Shown: positions 25,166 to 42,147, counted from the stretch's first letter. The stretch: 64,000 nt of DNA from Eledone cirrhosa (GCA_964016885.1 OZ024749.1:31372001-31436000); one strand, 5' to 3'. Translations and numbers: made by a program. Notes: generated by a model from the letters alone, not told the origin.

Positions 25166-26204
25166 CTTTCTTGGTATGTATGTGTATATACATACACACT
25201 TTATACATACATACTGATAGACAAACGGACAGACAGACAGACGTATATGTTATAAATAAACCAATATGTTTACGTGGATAAGTAAATAAGGAAATGAGTA
25301 TTCTATTATTTTGGTCATGAAAGGGAAATATCCTGGGATGCAACTCATACGAGAAGTTTGGGCTGTTGGCCAGTATTTGAAGTGGTTTGTCAAAGATTTC
25401 CTGTTCTTCCTTCTTCTAACACCGCACAACTAGAAGAAAGAGAACCCCATCAGTAGAAATAACACTATAATATTTTACAAGTCTTATTTACAACCGATTA
25501 TAAAAGTTGTGTTGTGTTGTGTTGACATGTCAAACAAAGAAACCAACAAAATTAAGAGTTTAGGAGTAAGAAAGGCGCTGTATCGAGCCGAAGGAGGCCG
25601 AAGGAGGCCGACCGAGGCCGACGGCCAAAGTGGACCACTCACCGTTACATAATTGCGTGTTGACCTTTCAGAGTCCAAAGCAGCAAGAGGCTAGTTTTTA
25701 CCAAAGAAGCGGGAAAATCTTTAAGCTGGGGGAAGTTGATATACATCCATACGTGGCTTACGATTGGTCTGACTGTAGCCAAATCACGCCTGGATAGAAT
25801 ATTGATACACGTCATGCAAGTAGATCCCCTACAACACTTTTTAACTGTACCTTATCTTTAATAGCAAGTGACCTATACCTCTGTCAACAATGATTCTCTC
25901 ATGTGTTAGATCAACGGAAATATCTACTTATAAAATAAATGTATATACTGACGGAGCATTCACACAGACACGTGTACCATCACTTGATGGAATTCTCAAA
26001 AGGAATATTCAACGTATCTGTAATTTAAAGGTTCGAATGGCTAGCATTATCACGCATTGTGTAGGACTGAATCTCCAAGATAATTAACTTACGGGTACAC
26101 GTGTTTGTGGAAGGCTGGCTCACACACTTGCATGTTAATTTCGCTAGTAAGCTGTTATGTTAATGAAACACGGGGAATGCTAGTCGTCGGTAACGACTGA
26201 GATC

Positions 26205-26970
26205 CAACAACAACAACAACAACAACAACAGCAACAACATCAACAACAACAGTACAACAACAATAACAACAACAACAACATCAACAACATAAATAGTAAA
26301 ATCACAACAAAACAAAACCATAACAACCACAACACAACATCGCCACCACCACCTCCACCACCAATAACAACAACAACAATGAGAACAACAACAACAACAG
26401 AACAACAACGCCAACAACAACATCAACAACAACATCAACAGCAACAGTACACCAGCAGCAGCAACATCAACAACAAGAGTACAACAACATCAACAACATC
26501 AACAACATCAATTACAACATCAACAGCAAAAACACCATAATAACAACAAAAACACAACAAAACATCACCACCACCACCTCTACCAATAACAACGACAACA
26601 ACAGCAACAACAACAGCAGAACAACACCAACAACAGTACAACAACAACAACATCAACTACACACATCAACAGCAAAAACATAACAACAAAAACAAAACCA
26701 TAACAACCACAACACAACATTACCACCACCACCACCAACAACAACAACAACGACAACAACACCAACAACACCAACAACAACAGTAACAACAATAAAACAA
26801 CAGCACAAAAACAACAACAGCAACAAAAGCAACAGCAACACAACATCACCACCGCCACCTCCACCAACAACAACGACAACAGCAACAACAACGAAAACAA
26901 CAGAATAACTACAACAGTATAACAACAACAACACTAACAACAACAGTAACACCAATAAAACAACAACCAT
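26205..26970. repeat. (CAA)n-rich degenerate repeat
   Basis: Direct inspection. Confidence 0.9.
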
Positions 26971-26999
26971 AACATGACATTTAAACATCCTGCAACAGC

Positions 27000-27692
27000 A
27001 TAAAATGGAGTACCAGTTTTGAACTGGGGGATATAAAAACGATTGTGCTGCTCCCTCGAAATTTCAAGTTTTGTGACTAAATTAGATATACAATTGTTTG
27101 TACTTTTGGCACAAGGCCAGCAAATATTCCAGTGCATTACTGGTACTTTATTTTATCGACCTCTTAAGGATGAAAGGCAAAGTTAACCTCGGTGGGATTT
27201 GATCTCAACAAATAATGATTGTTTCTACTTTTGGCACAAGGCCTGCAATTATCCCAGTGCATTACTGGTAATTTAATTTATCGACCCCGTAAGGATGAAA
27301 GACAAAGTTAACCTCTATATCGTAACTAAAGGCCGTAACTCTATGCTGCAAAGTATGGTGCCTGACCCTCTACCGAAACTGCCAATCCACAATAAAGCAA
27401 TTTATTGAACAAATGTTATACAACGATGAAAATATTGGTTTCTTATATAGGCACAAGGCCAGCAATTTGGGGGGGGGGGAGTCGATTAAATCGACCCCAG
27501 TGCGTGACTGTTACTTTATCTTATCGAACCCCTGAGGATGAAAGGCAAAGTTAACCTCGGCGGGATTTGAACTCAGATCATAAAGGGCCGTAACTCTATG
27601 CTGCAAAGCATTGTGCCTGATGTTCTACCAATTCTGCCAATCTACAATAAAGCAATTTATTGAACAAATGTTATACAATGATGAAAATATTA
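27000..27692 (-). mobile_element. SINE family A cluster with duplicated flank
   Basis: Three to four antisense copies. CAATAAAGCAATTTATTGAACAAATGTTATACAA.GATGAAAATATT occurs at ~27390 and ~27646. Confidence 0.8.
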
Positions 27693-27904
27693 AAAAAGGA
27701 TAAAAACAAAATTAAGAAATGAAAAAAAGTGGGAAAGGGGGCAGGAGTAAAGAAGGGGGGGGGGGGCAGGTCTAGTTGTATAGGGAAGTAAAGGAAAGGG
27801 TCAGTTACCTTAGCTATGTGTCTAGTTTCCTTGGGAAAGTCATGAACATCATAACATCATGTTTGCACTGATATCATTTTTGTGGTAGCATAAAGCAACG
27901 TCGC

Positions 27905-28166
27905 CTTCATCATCATCATCATCATCACCATCACCATCACCATCACTACTACTACCATTATCATCGTCATCGTCATCACCAGTACTATCCTCATCATCAT
28001 CATCATCATCATTATCATCACCACTAGAACCATCAACATCATCATCACCATCACCACTACCGCCATCTTCATCATCACGACCACATCTACCATCATCATC
28101 ATCATTATCACAGCCACTAGTCCCATCATCATCATCATCATCACCATCATCATCACTACCACCATC

Positions 28167-28200
<34 letters not shown>

Positions 28201-28361
28201 CCACCACCACAAACATCACCAGTAAATACATCACCATCGCCACAACCACTACCAACATCATCATCATTACTAATTATTGTCATTGTCGACGTGTCGTCTT
28301 CTTCGTCGTCACCACCATCACCATTAAATGCACCAACACCACCTCCACCACCACCACCACC

Positions 28362-28395
<34 letters not shown>

Positions 28396-28661
28396 TCATC
28401 ATCATAAACAACAATATCACAAAAGATTTTATAACATTGTTTGACAAATGGCCAACGAAAGAACTTAGTCAAAAGAGTAACTGAGATTCCTATATTGGTA
28501 TATAGCCAATATAGTCATCTTGAAAGTGACTTCTCCATATTTCTTCTTCTTCTTCTTCTTCTTCTTCTTCTTCTTCTTCTTCTTCTTCTTCTTCTTCTTC
28601 TTCTTCTTCTTCTTCTTCTTCTTCTTCACCAACATCGTATCGCTCATCCTCCCCTCTCCTC

Positions 28662-28698
<37 letters not shown>

Positions 28699-28745
28699 CC
28701 ATCATCAGTATCATCGTCAACGTCATCGTCACCGACAGCATTACC
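27905..28745. repeat. (CAT)n/(CAC)n/(CTT)n trinucleotide repeats
   Basis: Direct inspection. Confidence 0.9.
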
Positions 28746-29274
28746 ACCTCTGTCAACTATATTTCAAGACATCTGAACACAACCGATTTATTCCAGATAA
28801 AGAGGAAAGATAGAAAGAAAGAAACAAAACGAAATAGACGAAGATTCAAAAAAAAAAATTATTTCGTGACGATATTAGTAACCAGAGCCCATTTAGCCGG
28901 AACATTTATAGACGGGTTAACTTAGAATAACTCTCAAATTGACGCCTAGAAATATCTTACTGATTAAAAAAAATAATACATTAAGACTAATTATATAAAT
29001 TCAAACAATATTTTGAAAAATTACAAAGCAAGTATATTTTCTATCCGAGTAAAATTATATTCTAGTCTCAGCATCTGTCTCTGTCTGGTAATTTGTTGCT
29101 GAGTTTAATAAAACTTAATTGCTTGGAGATAGCAATTCCGAATGCCGTAATATTCCAGAAGGAACAGAAAATTCTCAACATCTTGTTAATGTAATTACAA
29201 CAAAACCCAAATATATTGAATTATTATAAAATGTATTTTATCTCTGAATTAAACTGGATAACACATCTTTCAAG

Positions 29275-30160
29275 AGTGGTAGTTAGTCAGAAATTGGTAG
29301 AGCGTCATAAAATATGCTTCGTGGCATATAGTTCGGTCCCTTTAGAGATTTGAGTTCAAATTCCACCGAGGTTTGGTTAGCCTTTCGTCCTTAGAGAGTC
29401 GATAAAATAAAGTACCAGTAATGCACTGAGAGCGATTTAATCGGTTTTCCTCACTCCGAAAATGTTTGGCCTTGTGCCTAAAGTAGAAACAATTATTAAG
29501 GACGAAGGATTGGTTGTTTTGATGGTGTGTCGGACAAAATGGTTTGCAGCATCGAGTTACGTCCCTTTACGTTCTGATTTTATATCTTGCCGACGTTAAC
29601 TTTGCGTTTCAACCATACGGGAGCGATAAAATAAAGTACCCGTCACGCACTGGGGTCGATTTAATTAATTCTCCTCCCCCCCCAAAAAAAATTGCTGGCC
29701 TTGTGCCTAAATCAGAAACAATTATTTGATGTTGACTGAGGCAAAAGATAGTAATGGTTTCTTATATAAGCACAAGGACAGCAATTTTGTGGGAGGGGCA
29801 AGTCGATTAAATCGACTCCAGTGCGTGATGGTACTTTATTTTATCGACCCCGTAAGGTTGAAAGGCAAAGTGAACCTCGGCTGGATTTGAACGCAGATCA
29901 TAAAGGGCCGTAACTCTATGCTGCAAAGCATGGCGTCCAACCCTCTACCGGTTCTGCCAATCCACCAGGACAAGGCCATTGGTTTGAAGGGAAGAGGAAA
30001 ATATATCAAAACGACCCAAGTGCGTTACTGGTACCTTGTTAAAATAAAATACTTTAATTTCGGGATCCATAAGATAAAGTACCAGTTATGCACTAGGGAT
30101 GGATTTATTCGACTTTCTCCTCTCCCCAACTTGCTGGCCTTGTGCCTAAAGTAGAAATAA
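29275..30160. mobile_element. SINE family A cluster in both orientations
   Basis: Plus copies ~29275-29730, minus copy ~29755-29965, partial copies to 30160. Confidence 0.8.
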
Positions 30161-30528
30161 TATTTATTATTATCAAATCTTGCCTTAGTTAGTTTCCAAT
30201 GGATCTTTTATTGAGTTTATTCCATCAATAAAAAACTTATTGATTTTCCAAATATTAGCTTTGTTTCAACTTCACATAAAAATCTTGTTATGGTTTCTAT
30301 TACATTTTTATATGATCTCTAGTTACTATTATTACTATATAATATTAATTTATTCTGGGTAACTTAATTGTTGAATAGTATTAATCTATCTCAACTTATT
30401 GGTAGTTTTCTAACACTTCTTTCTCTCTCACTATCTTTTTACTATCTTCTATATATCTATTTCTCTCTCTCTTTCTCTATTTATATGTATGTATATACAC
30501 ACACACAAACGAACATACCCACACACAC

Positions 30529-30629
<101 letters not shown>

Positions 30630-30917
30630 TATATATATAAATATGTGTGTGTGGCTGGGTGTATACATATATATATATAGTAATAATAATAAATTTGAAG
30701 ACTAAAATCCAAACAGGGCTCGATAAGGATAAATATATATCAGATATATAAGAACCTTAGAGCAAATATTTATTAAAATAACAGATTAAAGTTTAAGAAA
30801 AGAAAAAACGATGCTTTCACCCTTAACGGGATCTTCTGAAACTAAAGAAATCAATCTGTGAACGCAGAAGTAAATATTTCAAAAACCGTTGCAATCGAAG
30901 ACAGGAAGACGATACTT

Positions 30918-31338
30918 TGGTTCGTGGAAACGTTCCCTGGCAAAGAACGGAAAAAATGAAGATAATACGTCATTATTTGTGGCAGTGGAAACAATTACAC
31001 GTAGACAAAACCACGTAAATGGTATAAATGAAGTCGTAGACTAATATTCTATTAGGTGGTTCATGGAGACGTTCTCTGGCAATGAACGGAAAAAGCGAAG
31101 GTAATACGTCATTGTGTGGTGCAAGGAGAACAATTACACGCATAGACAAAACCACGTAAATGGTATAACTGAAGTCGTAGACTAATATTCTATTAAGTGG
31201 TTCATGGAGACGTTCTCTTGCAATGAACGGAAAAAACGAAGATAATACGTTATTGTGTGGTGCAAGTAGAACAATTACACGCATAGACAAAACCACGTAA
31301 ATGGTATAACTGAAGTTGTAGACTAAAATTCTATTTAG
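30918..31338. repeat. Three ~140-bp tandem repeats in the PLE 3' region
   Basis: ACAATTACAC at 30991, 31130 and 31271; GGTTC(G/A)TGGA(A/G)ACGTTC at ~30919, 31059 and 31199. Confidence 0.9.
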
Positions 31339-32010
31339 GAAACCGATGGATTCTCGGCTTCAGAGTTAAGAATAAAGTAAATAATATACAGAGATAATTG
31401 AAATTAAATATATACATACAAACATCCATATACGTACATACACAACCATACGCGAAAACACTCCCCTTGGGTATGAAAATACAAGCAGGTACTCAAAGAA
31501 AAAAACCCACTCATGGCCTGTACCGCACACATACGAACGTATACACCAAATGCACATAAACATAAATAAATAGAAACATATATATATACACATGTGTGTG
31601 TATGTATGTGCGTGTATACATAATTAAATAAACGTATATAAATATACACACATAAATGCGTATACAACGCGCGCACACACTCACCCACGTGTAAATACAC
31701 ATATGTTCGCGGACGCACGTCACCCAAAACAAAAAGTACACATATACACACCCCTATATACGTAGGAACCCGCATACTCACACAGACGCAAAACTCACGT
31801 ATACACATAACCAAATGCACATGTACCAGGAAATATAATATATACGCCAATAACATATAGAAGCAAACATACGTGCGAGAAAATATACGTATCTTCACAA
31901 AACATACAGCTAATATATACGAATAAGTAACAGTATTAATATAACATATACTTAGCTACCACATCAAGACGTAAAATATCCGCGTATAGATCGTACTATC
32001 CGTTAGGGTA

Positions 32011-32960
32011 TTACGTGGGTCTGTAATACAGGAAAGTTTTGTCCAATTTATGTTTACAAGCCGAAATTGCCTCAGATTTTTTGTTTAAGATGTGGTCTGT
32101 GGCGTAGAGTATTTCCAGAGCCTCAGCGGCGCAGAGGTCACATGGTCTTTTATTTCCGTTATACGATCTAGCCCTAACTAGGATCTTCCAGTGTAACTTA
32201 TATTGGATGTGGTTGTCTTTTAGACTCCAGATATAAGTTGAAAGTGACGTCATATTCCTTCTTAAAGGGTTAAGAAAAGAATGGGTATGCATGTAAAGAC
32301 GCTACTTGAATCTATTGGCGGTTAACCCTATGTAGGCCCTAAGGGACGTGGATGTTTCAACCTTACATATGTAGACAATGTTACTAGAGAGGCATTTCCC
32401 GGATAGGGGGCAGTCAACCCGATTCCTACAATTACAGTTAGTACTAGCTACAGGGTTGCACGTGTTCCTACGGCTAGGTAGTTTAGCTAAATTTGAAGCT
32501 GTGATGTTATGTTCAAGGTTAGGAGTTGTAGAGTAAGACATTTTAATGATATTTCTATTTAAAATGTTGCTATATTTATGTGCTGGGCGGAAATGCTTCA
32601 TAATAAGGGAGAGAAAGTTCTTAGCTAAAGGCGTGGCCACCTCCATATTATATCGTCGGTTATACCATATAATGCGTCGGGATCTATTTTTCCTAGGTCT
32701 ATTCTCGTACTCTGTATAAGCTACCTTATCGACAAATCCACTCCGAGCCTCAAAGAAACGTTTCTTATCAGGTTCTTGGTTATGCTGGCAGGATGGTTAG
32801 AATGCTTACTTATGTAATTAAGCGTATCATTCTGCTTTTTATACGGGTAGTCCAAGCCATTCGACAAATCGAGAGTAACATCGAGGTAATTAACGACCGA
32901 GAGGTTAGCCTCAACCTGTATGGAAAGCTGTGAGTTCTTTTCTGAACCTGTCGCAAGCAC
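32011..32960 (-). pseudogene. Disrupted PLE RT C-terminus and GIY-YIG endonuclease
   Basis: VVNYLDVTLDL...YISKHSNHP; CNCRNRVDCPLSGKCLSSNIVYICKV...AYIGLTANRFK; TSLSTYIWSLKD...CDLCAAE...SACKHK. Confidence 0.9.
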
Positions 32961-33251
32961 GTGGGCCGCACTTTGACATGGTCAAAAGACCGTCATCAGG
33001 GAACGTTTCCACGAACCAAAGTATCGTCTTCCGGTCTTCCTTCGATTGCAACGTTTTTTGAAATATTTACTTCTGCGTTCACAGATTGACTTTTTTAGTA
33101 TCAGAAGATCCCGTTAAGGGTGAAAGCAGCGATTGTTTGCTTAAACTTTAATATGTTATTTTAATAAATATATATATATATATACATATATATAAACGGA
33201 AAAAATGAAACGATATTTCATTTCCCACTCTTAGTACGGCTGTTACTTAAA

Positions 33252-33990
<739 letters not shown>

Positions 33991-34181
33991 TGCCTCCCTC
34001 GTTATCGAGTATGGCCATTGTACGATATACCATTATCAATAATTATTAATTAATTCAATCGTGCAATGCCTGTGCGTGAAGATATGATATTTTTTAAAGT
34101 GAGGAAAGACTGTACACTGAGCAATCCCACTCTCTGAGCTATATATATATTGGTTATATATATATATATTTCTATATATAT

Positions 34182-35112
<931 letters not shown>

Positions 35113-35309
35113 TTATAAAAAGGTTAATGATATATATATATACATAAGTGTATATTAAGATACGTCAAACTTTAATATATACATTTGTATAGACACACAC
35201 ACACATATATATATATATAAATACATATATATATATATATATACATACATACATACATTTATATATACATATATATATATACAAATATATATATATATAC
35301 ATACATTTG

Positions 35310-35407
<98 letters not shown>

Positions 35408-35415
35408 CTTACATA

Positions 35416-35571
<156 letters not shown>

Positions 35572-35975
35572 CATACATACATACATACATACATACATAC
35601 ATACATACATACATACATACATACATACATACATACATACATACATACATACATACATACATACATAATGTGTTGGGTTGGTATAACTGAATAAAGGTGA
35701 ACATTTGCAATGAAATAAAAATATGTTTCTGACATAGTGCTGTGGATGTTAAATACATTAGACAAACTGTTTTATCTTGAAAAGATAAAGCAATTAGAGC
35801 AAATTGTGTAACGTTTGATATCAACAACTGAAATGTGTTAAACTAGGTCCACAATGAATATACTAACTCGGTGATAACATTATGTATTATGTAACGAATG
35901 ATATACAATGTTACATGATATCACAGGAAGAAACTCAGCCATACACACACGCGCACACGCACATATTTGTGTGTA

Positions 35976-36024
<49 letters not shown>

Positions 36025-36030
<6 letters not shown>

Positions 36031-36210
36031 GGGTGTGATAAGATACAGGTGGACCATAACGCACCAGAGTACTCAGTATTTAGGGTAGTAGAGTGGATAA
36101 TAGGAAAAGAATCAGGAACTCCATGTCTGAACTCCGCCCGTTTCAACAGCAGTTCCGATCTACCTTTCGAAACGACCGGAGCTCAGCCGTCGGGATCCTG
36201 ACTCTTTTCC

Positions 36211-36211
<1 letters not shown>
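36025..36211. mobile_element. Short (TA)n-embedded repeat family C with imperfect internal fold-back
   Basis: CAGGTGGACCATAACGCACC...GGGTAGTAGAGTGG also occurs at ~49985-50123, 51773-51890, 51936-52120 and 60648-60882; the adjoining part is at 44215-44272. Confidence 0.8.
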
Positions 36212-36305
<94 letters not shown>

Positions 36306-36635
36306 TCACACACACATATATATATACACACACACATACATATATATATATAGTTACATACACATATGAAATATAAGTATGGCGATAGAAAGGTGCTTAT
36401 GTACATATACACACACACATGATGGCTGCCCCCTCGTTATCGAGTATGGCCATTGCACAAGAGAAAAAAAAAAAAAATAATAAAAAATAAAATAAAATAT
36501 ACACACACACATACATACATACATACATGCATACATATATACATACATGCTTAGAGGCTTACTAACATCTATCCGACCATACAGACATACAATCACACAT
36601 ATATCCATAGATTGACACAATTATCAATCCATACA

Positions 36636-36666
<31 letters not shown>

Positions 36667-36692
36667 CATACATACATACATACATACATACA

Positions 36693-36724
<32 letters not shown>

Positions 36725-37742
36725 GAGAGACAGACAGACAAACCGACAGAGAGATCGACAGACCGACCGACAGGCAGGCATACATCCTTCCTTCCATCCA
36801 TACAGCAGACAAACAGACAGACAGGCATATATTCATTCATAGCCTTATATTGATATATATATTGGCCGATTGCTTTCATAAACTACATATATCTAAAAAG
36901 TTAGTTCTATTGATATTGAGATATAGGTATTGATAAAAAGGATTTGTCGGTATCATCAATAAGCATTGATCGGTTATGACCAATTGACCAGCGGAGCATA
37001 ACTCTGTAATGGCCGATTGACTAAACAGACCCTGAATCTCGATATGATAAACGTGAATAACGTAAAGTCTCACATAAAAGAACAGCGAGCATTAACACTG
37101 ACGTCTTTTTAACTTGATTTATATATACAGAAATATTAAGAACATGGCCGGGTACTGTTGATGTTGGCGGTGGTGGCGGTGTTGGTGGCGGTGGTAGTGT
37201 TGTTGTTGGTGGTCGCGGTGTTGCTGGTGGTGTTGGTGGTGGCGGCGGCAGTGTTGGTCGTGGTCGTATTGATGGTGGTGGTGATGGTGGTGTTGGTGGG
37301 AGCGGTGTTTGTGGTGCTATTGGTGTTGGCGGTGCTGTTGTTGTGGGTGGTGTTGGTGGTGTGGTTGTTGTTGTTGGTGGCGGTAGGGGTGGGTTTGGGT
37401 GGGGGGTCTGGGGGTTGTCGGTGGTGGTGGTGGTGTTATTATTGTTGGCGGTTGTGTGGTGGTAGTTTTTGTTGTTGGTCGTGTTGTTATTAGTGGTTTT
37501 GTTGTTTTTGTTGTTGTTGTTGTTGGTGGTGGTGGTGTTGGAGGGATTGTTGTTGGTAGTATTACTGTTGTTGTTGATGTTATTATTGTAATTCTTGTTC
37601 TACTCATCCATGCTTTTATAGTAGTTGGAATAGATATACCTTTCTATAGGTTTAGTCTTTTGGGTGATGGAATATCTACCTGTATATGTATCTCTCACTA
37701 TCTCTCTCTATCTCTATCTCTCTCTCACTCTCTCTATCTCTA

Positions 37743-37797
<55 letters not shown>

Positions 37798-37800
37798 CGA

Positions 37801-37851
<51 letters not shown>

Positions 37852-38044
37852 GGAAGCTTAGTAAAATCGAAGCACTGGCTGTGGCCAAGCTAGCGACTTA
37901 CAGTTAGGAATGTACAGTAAAGCACTAAATAAGGTTGTAGGCCTTAGAGTAATAACATACGTTTAAACAGCTTGACAAATAGAAAATTGCGGCAGGTAAA
38001 CCTAGCCACACAATACCAAAATAACGAAAAAATTAATCAGGTTA

Positions 38045-38113
<69 letters not shown>

Positions 38114-38147
38114 TTAAGTATACTATTTATGGTTATGCAAATATAAA

Positions 38148-38192
38148 TTGCTCCGAAGAATCCAAACCTCGGTTTGGAGGAAACGGTTGTAA
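38148..38192 (+). ncRNA. Hammerhead-like motif (core CCGAAGA) in a short TA-flanked insert
   Basis: CCGAAGA-A-TCCAAACC-tc-GGTTTGGA-G-GAAA-CGG-TT; stem I is weak. Confidence 0.45.
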
Positions 38193-39451
38193 GCATAAAA
38201 ATGTTTTGAACAGTTCTTTGATTCTTATAATTCATATTTATATATATATATATATAAAGAATTAGTATATCTACCAACATATATATACAGATGCATACCT
38301 ATGCTAGCAAATATATAGGTTTGTCTTAGTAATTTTGTGGTTCAATGCAAGGGGATGCAGAACAATTATATGAAAGATGTAAAATAAGAAAATTATAAAA
38401 ATTAACTTACTTACTAAAATTTCACTCAAACTAATTAGTTAAGTTACCAGGCAATGCGTGGACACAGGGAACTTATACAAAAATAATTCAGTGGATGGAA
38501 AAAAGCAAGCGTGGACTAAATTCCAAGACATTGAAAAAATATGCATCTGTATATATATGTTGGTAGATATACTAATTCTTTATAATTATCTCCAAATTAT
38601 TTTGTTGAGCAAAAATTTCCCAAAACTGCTACTATAGTTCATAGTAATAGCTCGGCCACTGTCTTTTTAACACCCCACTCCTCACTGATTAACCTCGATG
38701 TCACGTGATTGATTCTTTTGAATTTGCCACCGACGAAGTAGGCTTTCGATATGTATGTATGCTACTTTGTGTGTGGTGCTTTTGTGTGCCTGTGTGCGCA
38801 TTCTCCATTATTGGTGAAGGATGCAAAAGGTGATTCGCAAAACAAGACACCGTTAAATTTTCCCCAAAGTCCCTTGTGGTATTATCTCGTCACCAAGTTA
38901 AAAACACGTCATCAGATATATAGTTATATCGTAATCAATAACATTTTCATCCCGAATTAGGATATATAATTTCAAAGTAACCACTTAGAGACATTGCCAA
39001 CATCAGTTAGAATCTGAAGGATATTGATTTTCGACTCTTTTATACTTACAGGGTGCAGGTGTATAGGTTCTAGGATCGATGGAAACTTTTATACTACTAA
39101 ATGTCAATAATATCATCCATTGATAATCTACTTATAATTCGATTGTGTCAAATGTATTTTGCCGCGTGAAAAATAAATTTAGATCGAAATAATAATATTT
39201 TCGAAGAAGGGAAATACTATTTAGAATAAATTTAATTTAAAGATAAGAGTAATAAATATAAAGGTGAAGAAAAATAGTGACATACACAGATATATACATA
39301 TATATAAACATATATACATATATATATATATACTTGTATACACATATATACCAATATGCACATGCATAGGGTGGCACTTATTTGTGTGTATGTATGTATG
39401 TGTATACGTATGTGTGTGTGTATATATATACATATATAAATGTATACATAT

Positions 39452-39489
<38 letters not shown>

Positions 39490-39823
39490 GTATATATGTA
39501 TACATTTATATATGTATAAATTAAGACCATACGTGCCTCAACTAGAAAGTAATCCACTAATCCACGAATGCAAGCAACGGCAAGTTATAATGCCACCTTC
39601 ATAATTATACATACATACACACCCACATATATATGTGTATTATATTATATTATATTTATATACACAAATACACATATATACATATACATATATATAAATA
39701 TATGTATTATTTTCCCATATCTTATGTTAATTATTTTCCATTTTGACGTTATAGTTACTTATATATTATGAAATACTGTTGGATTCATGCTCACATTAAT
39801 TTTCTATTTTCATTTATATATAA

Positions 39824-39893
<70 letters not shown>

Positions 39894-40025
39894 ATAGAAG
39901 CATACATATATATTTATATACACCCATATATAGAATCATCAATAATTTAAAGATTGATCGTCGCCAAAATGAAGAAAAGTTTATATAAATATATATATAT
40001 ATATGTATATATGTATATATATATA

Positions 40026-40194
<169 letters not shown>

Positions 40195-40689
40195 CTCTCA
40201 TCTCTCATCTCTCGCGAGTCAGAAACTTCCGGAAATTGACGATCAAAAAAGATCTCACCATTTGAATGAGATTATCGCGTTATCTGCAAGAGAAGACTTT
40301 CCATAAAGAAATATAATGATCATTGGCAAATTAGTTTATTTCATAATTTATTTATTTTAATAATTAATATTTGATATTATTTCGACGTATATATTTTTTA
40401 ATCATATATAAAGAGAGTTCAATGTATTAATATATGAATATTTTCCAATAATCTTTTTCGATCTTAGAGGTAGAAATAGTATTATTTTACTGATCATCAT
40501 TATCAGTGTGTAGTGGATTGGTAGTAATCGTTAGTCTTCTGCAACATGCCTCTTGGCATATAGTTCTGACCCTTTACGTTCTGAGTTCAAATCCCTTCGA
40601 GGTTAGCTTTGTCTTTCATCTTTACGAATAGATAGATATATTTAGACAGATAGACATACACACACACACACAGACACACACACACACAT

Positions 40690-40737
<48 letters not shown>

Positions 40738-40867
40738 TGAGAGTGAGAGAGAGAGAGAGAGAGAGACAGGCAGACATACAGACAGATATATAAAGAGATA
40801 GATAGATAGAGAGAGAGAGTGAGAGAGAAATAGAGACAGAGAGACATACAGACAGATATTTAAAGAG

Positions 40868-40920
<53 letters not shown>

Positions 40921-42112
40921 AAGAGACAGAGAGATCAAAAGAGTATATTATGACGTTAAATATTTAAGTTCCATATTCATAGGAAGCAGTCTTTTGATTC
41001 CCAAATTGTGAAAAATATTAAATAAATATTCTTTCTTCTTTGCAATATTAAGAAACCAAAAATAATTTTTAAAACATCCTCCGAACACAGTCGTTAAAAA
41101 GCTACAGGTATTAAATATTATAAATTGAAACATTTCACATTGATCATATAAAAAAATATAATGAAAATCTTAACAGAGAAAAATGACTTCTTTAAGAAGA
41201 GTTTCCAAGCTGTGCTTCGTCGACAGGTGGTCTGGAAAGAGGTAATATTAGCAGGAGAAATTAAGATGAATGAGATTCTGTAGGAGAAAGTAGAAAAACT
41301 ATAATGTATTGTTATCGCAATTAAAGCGTTATTAACACTGCTTCCATTTGCACGCATCTTTAACAGGGTGTGCAGTTTGAATGCAGTTGTGTGTAGCTTG
41401 AGTTTCCACCGACACACAACCCGCTCCCTAACTCCTAACCCCCACACAGAAAGAGAAAAAAATACACAGTAATTTGAAAAATTTCTTTTGAATAGAAAAA
41501 AATGGAGGACAAAAGAATAATGAGGCGCTATTAAAGAAACGAGGACAAATGTTTGTTTAAAGTAGTTGTTTGTAAAAAAAATAGTCATTGTTGCTGTTGT
41601 TGTAGTTGCTGTTTTTGTTGTTGTTTTTGGTGGTGGTGGTTGTGGTGGTGGAAGTGAGGTGGTGATGATGGTGGTTGCGTTTGTGTGGGGGTGATAAGGA
41701 GGTAGTGGGTTGATAGTATTGGTAGCGACGGTGGTGGAAGTAAGGTGGTGGTGATGGTGAGGTGGTTGTGTGTGTTTGTGTGGAGGGGGGGGGGGGTGAT
41801 AGTATTGGTTGCGACGGTGGTGGCGATGGTAAGGCGGTGGTGATAGCGAGGCGGTGGTGATATGAGGTGTTGCCGGTGATAGTTTTGATGGTGGGGATGT
41901 TCTGGGGCTGATGTTGTTGATGATCAGAATATATCGATTTCCAGATAGAATGTTCTCGATTTATCCTTCCTAGCAAAAAACTATGCAACATTTATTGCAT
42001 ACACACACATAGTGTGTGTATGTATGCTGAAAGATAACAGAGATAACAAAACAAAAGACACAGTACATTGGAGAAATATATCAATTCAACGCTCAAAATA
42101 ACAGGTAAAGAG

Positions 42113-42147
42113 GTTTAACGTTTCGGACACTAGTGCTTCATCAGAAT
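42113..42147 (-). ncRNA. Hammerhead-like motif
   Basis: Minus strand: CTGATGA-AGCACTAGTGTCC-GAAA-CGT-TA; stem I only 2 bp. A related degenerate motif is at 62640-62675 (+). Confidence 0.45.

Larger units (their letters stand above)
30765..33170 (-). mobile_element. 5'-truncated Penelope-like element with ~175-bp inverted pseudo-LTRs
   Basis: 30765-30939 is the diverged reverse complement of 32997-33170. Minus-strand RT/GIY-YIG remnants lie between them. Confidence 0.88.

Noticed and set aside
27849-28813. Asp/Gly-, Met-, Leu-, Lys-, Glu- and His-rich ORFs
   Set aside because: Trinucleotide repeats open in several frames; no splice or domain support.
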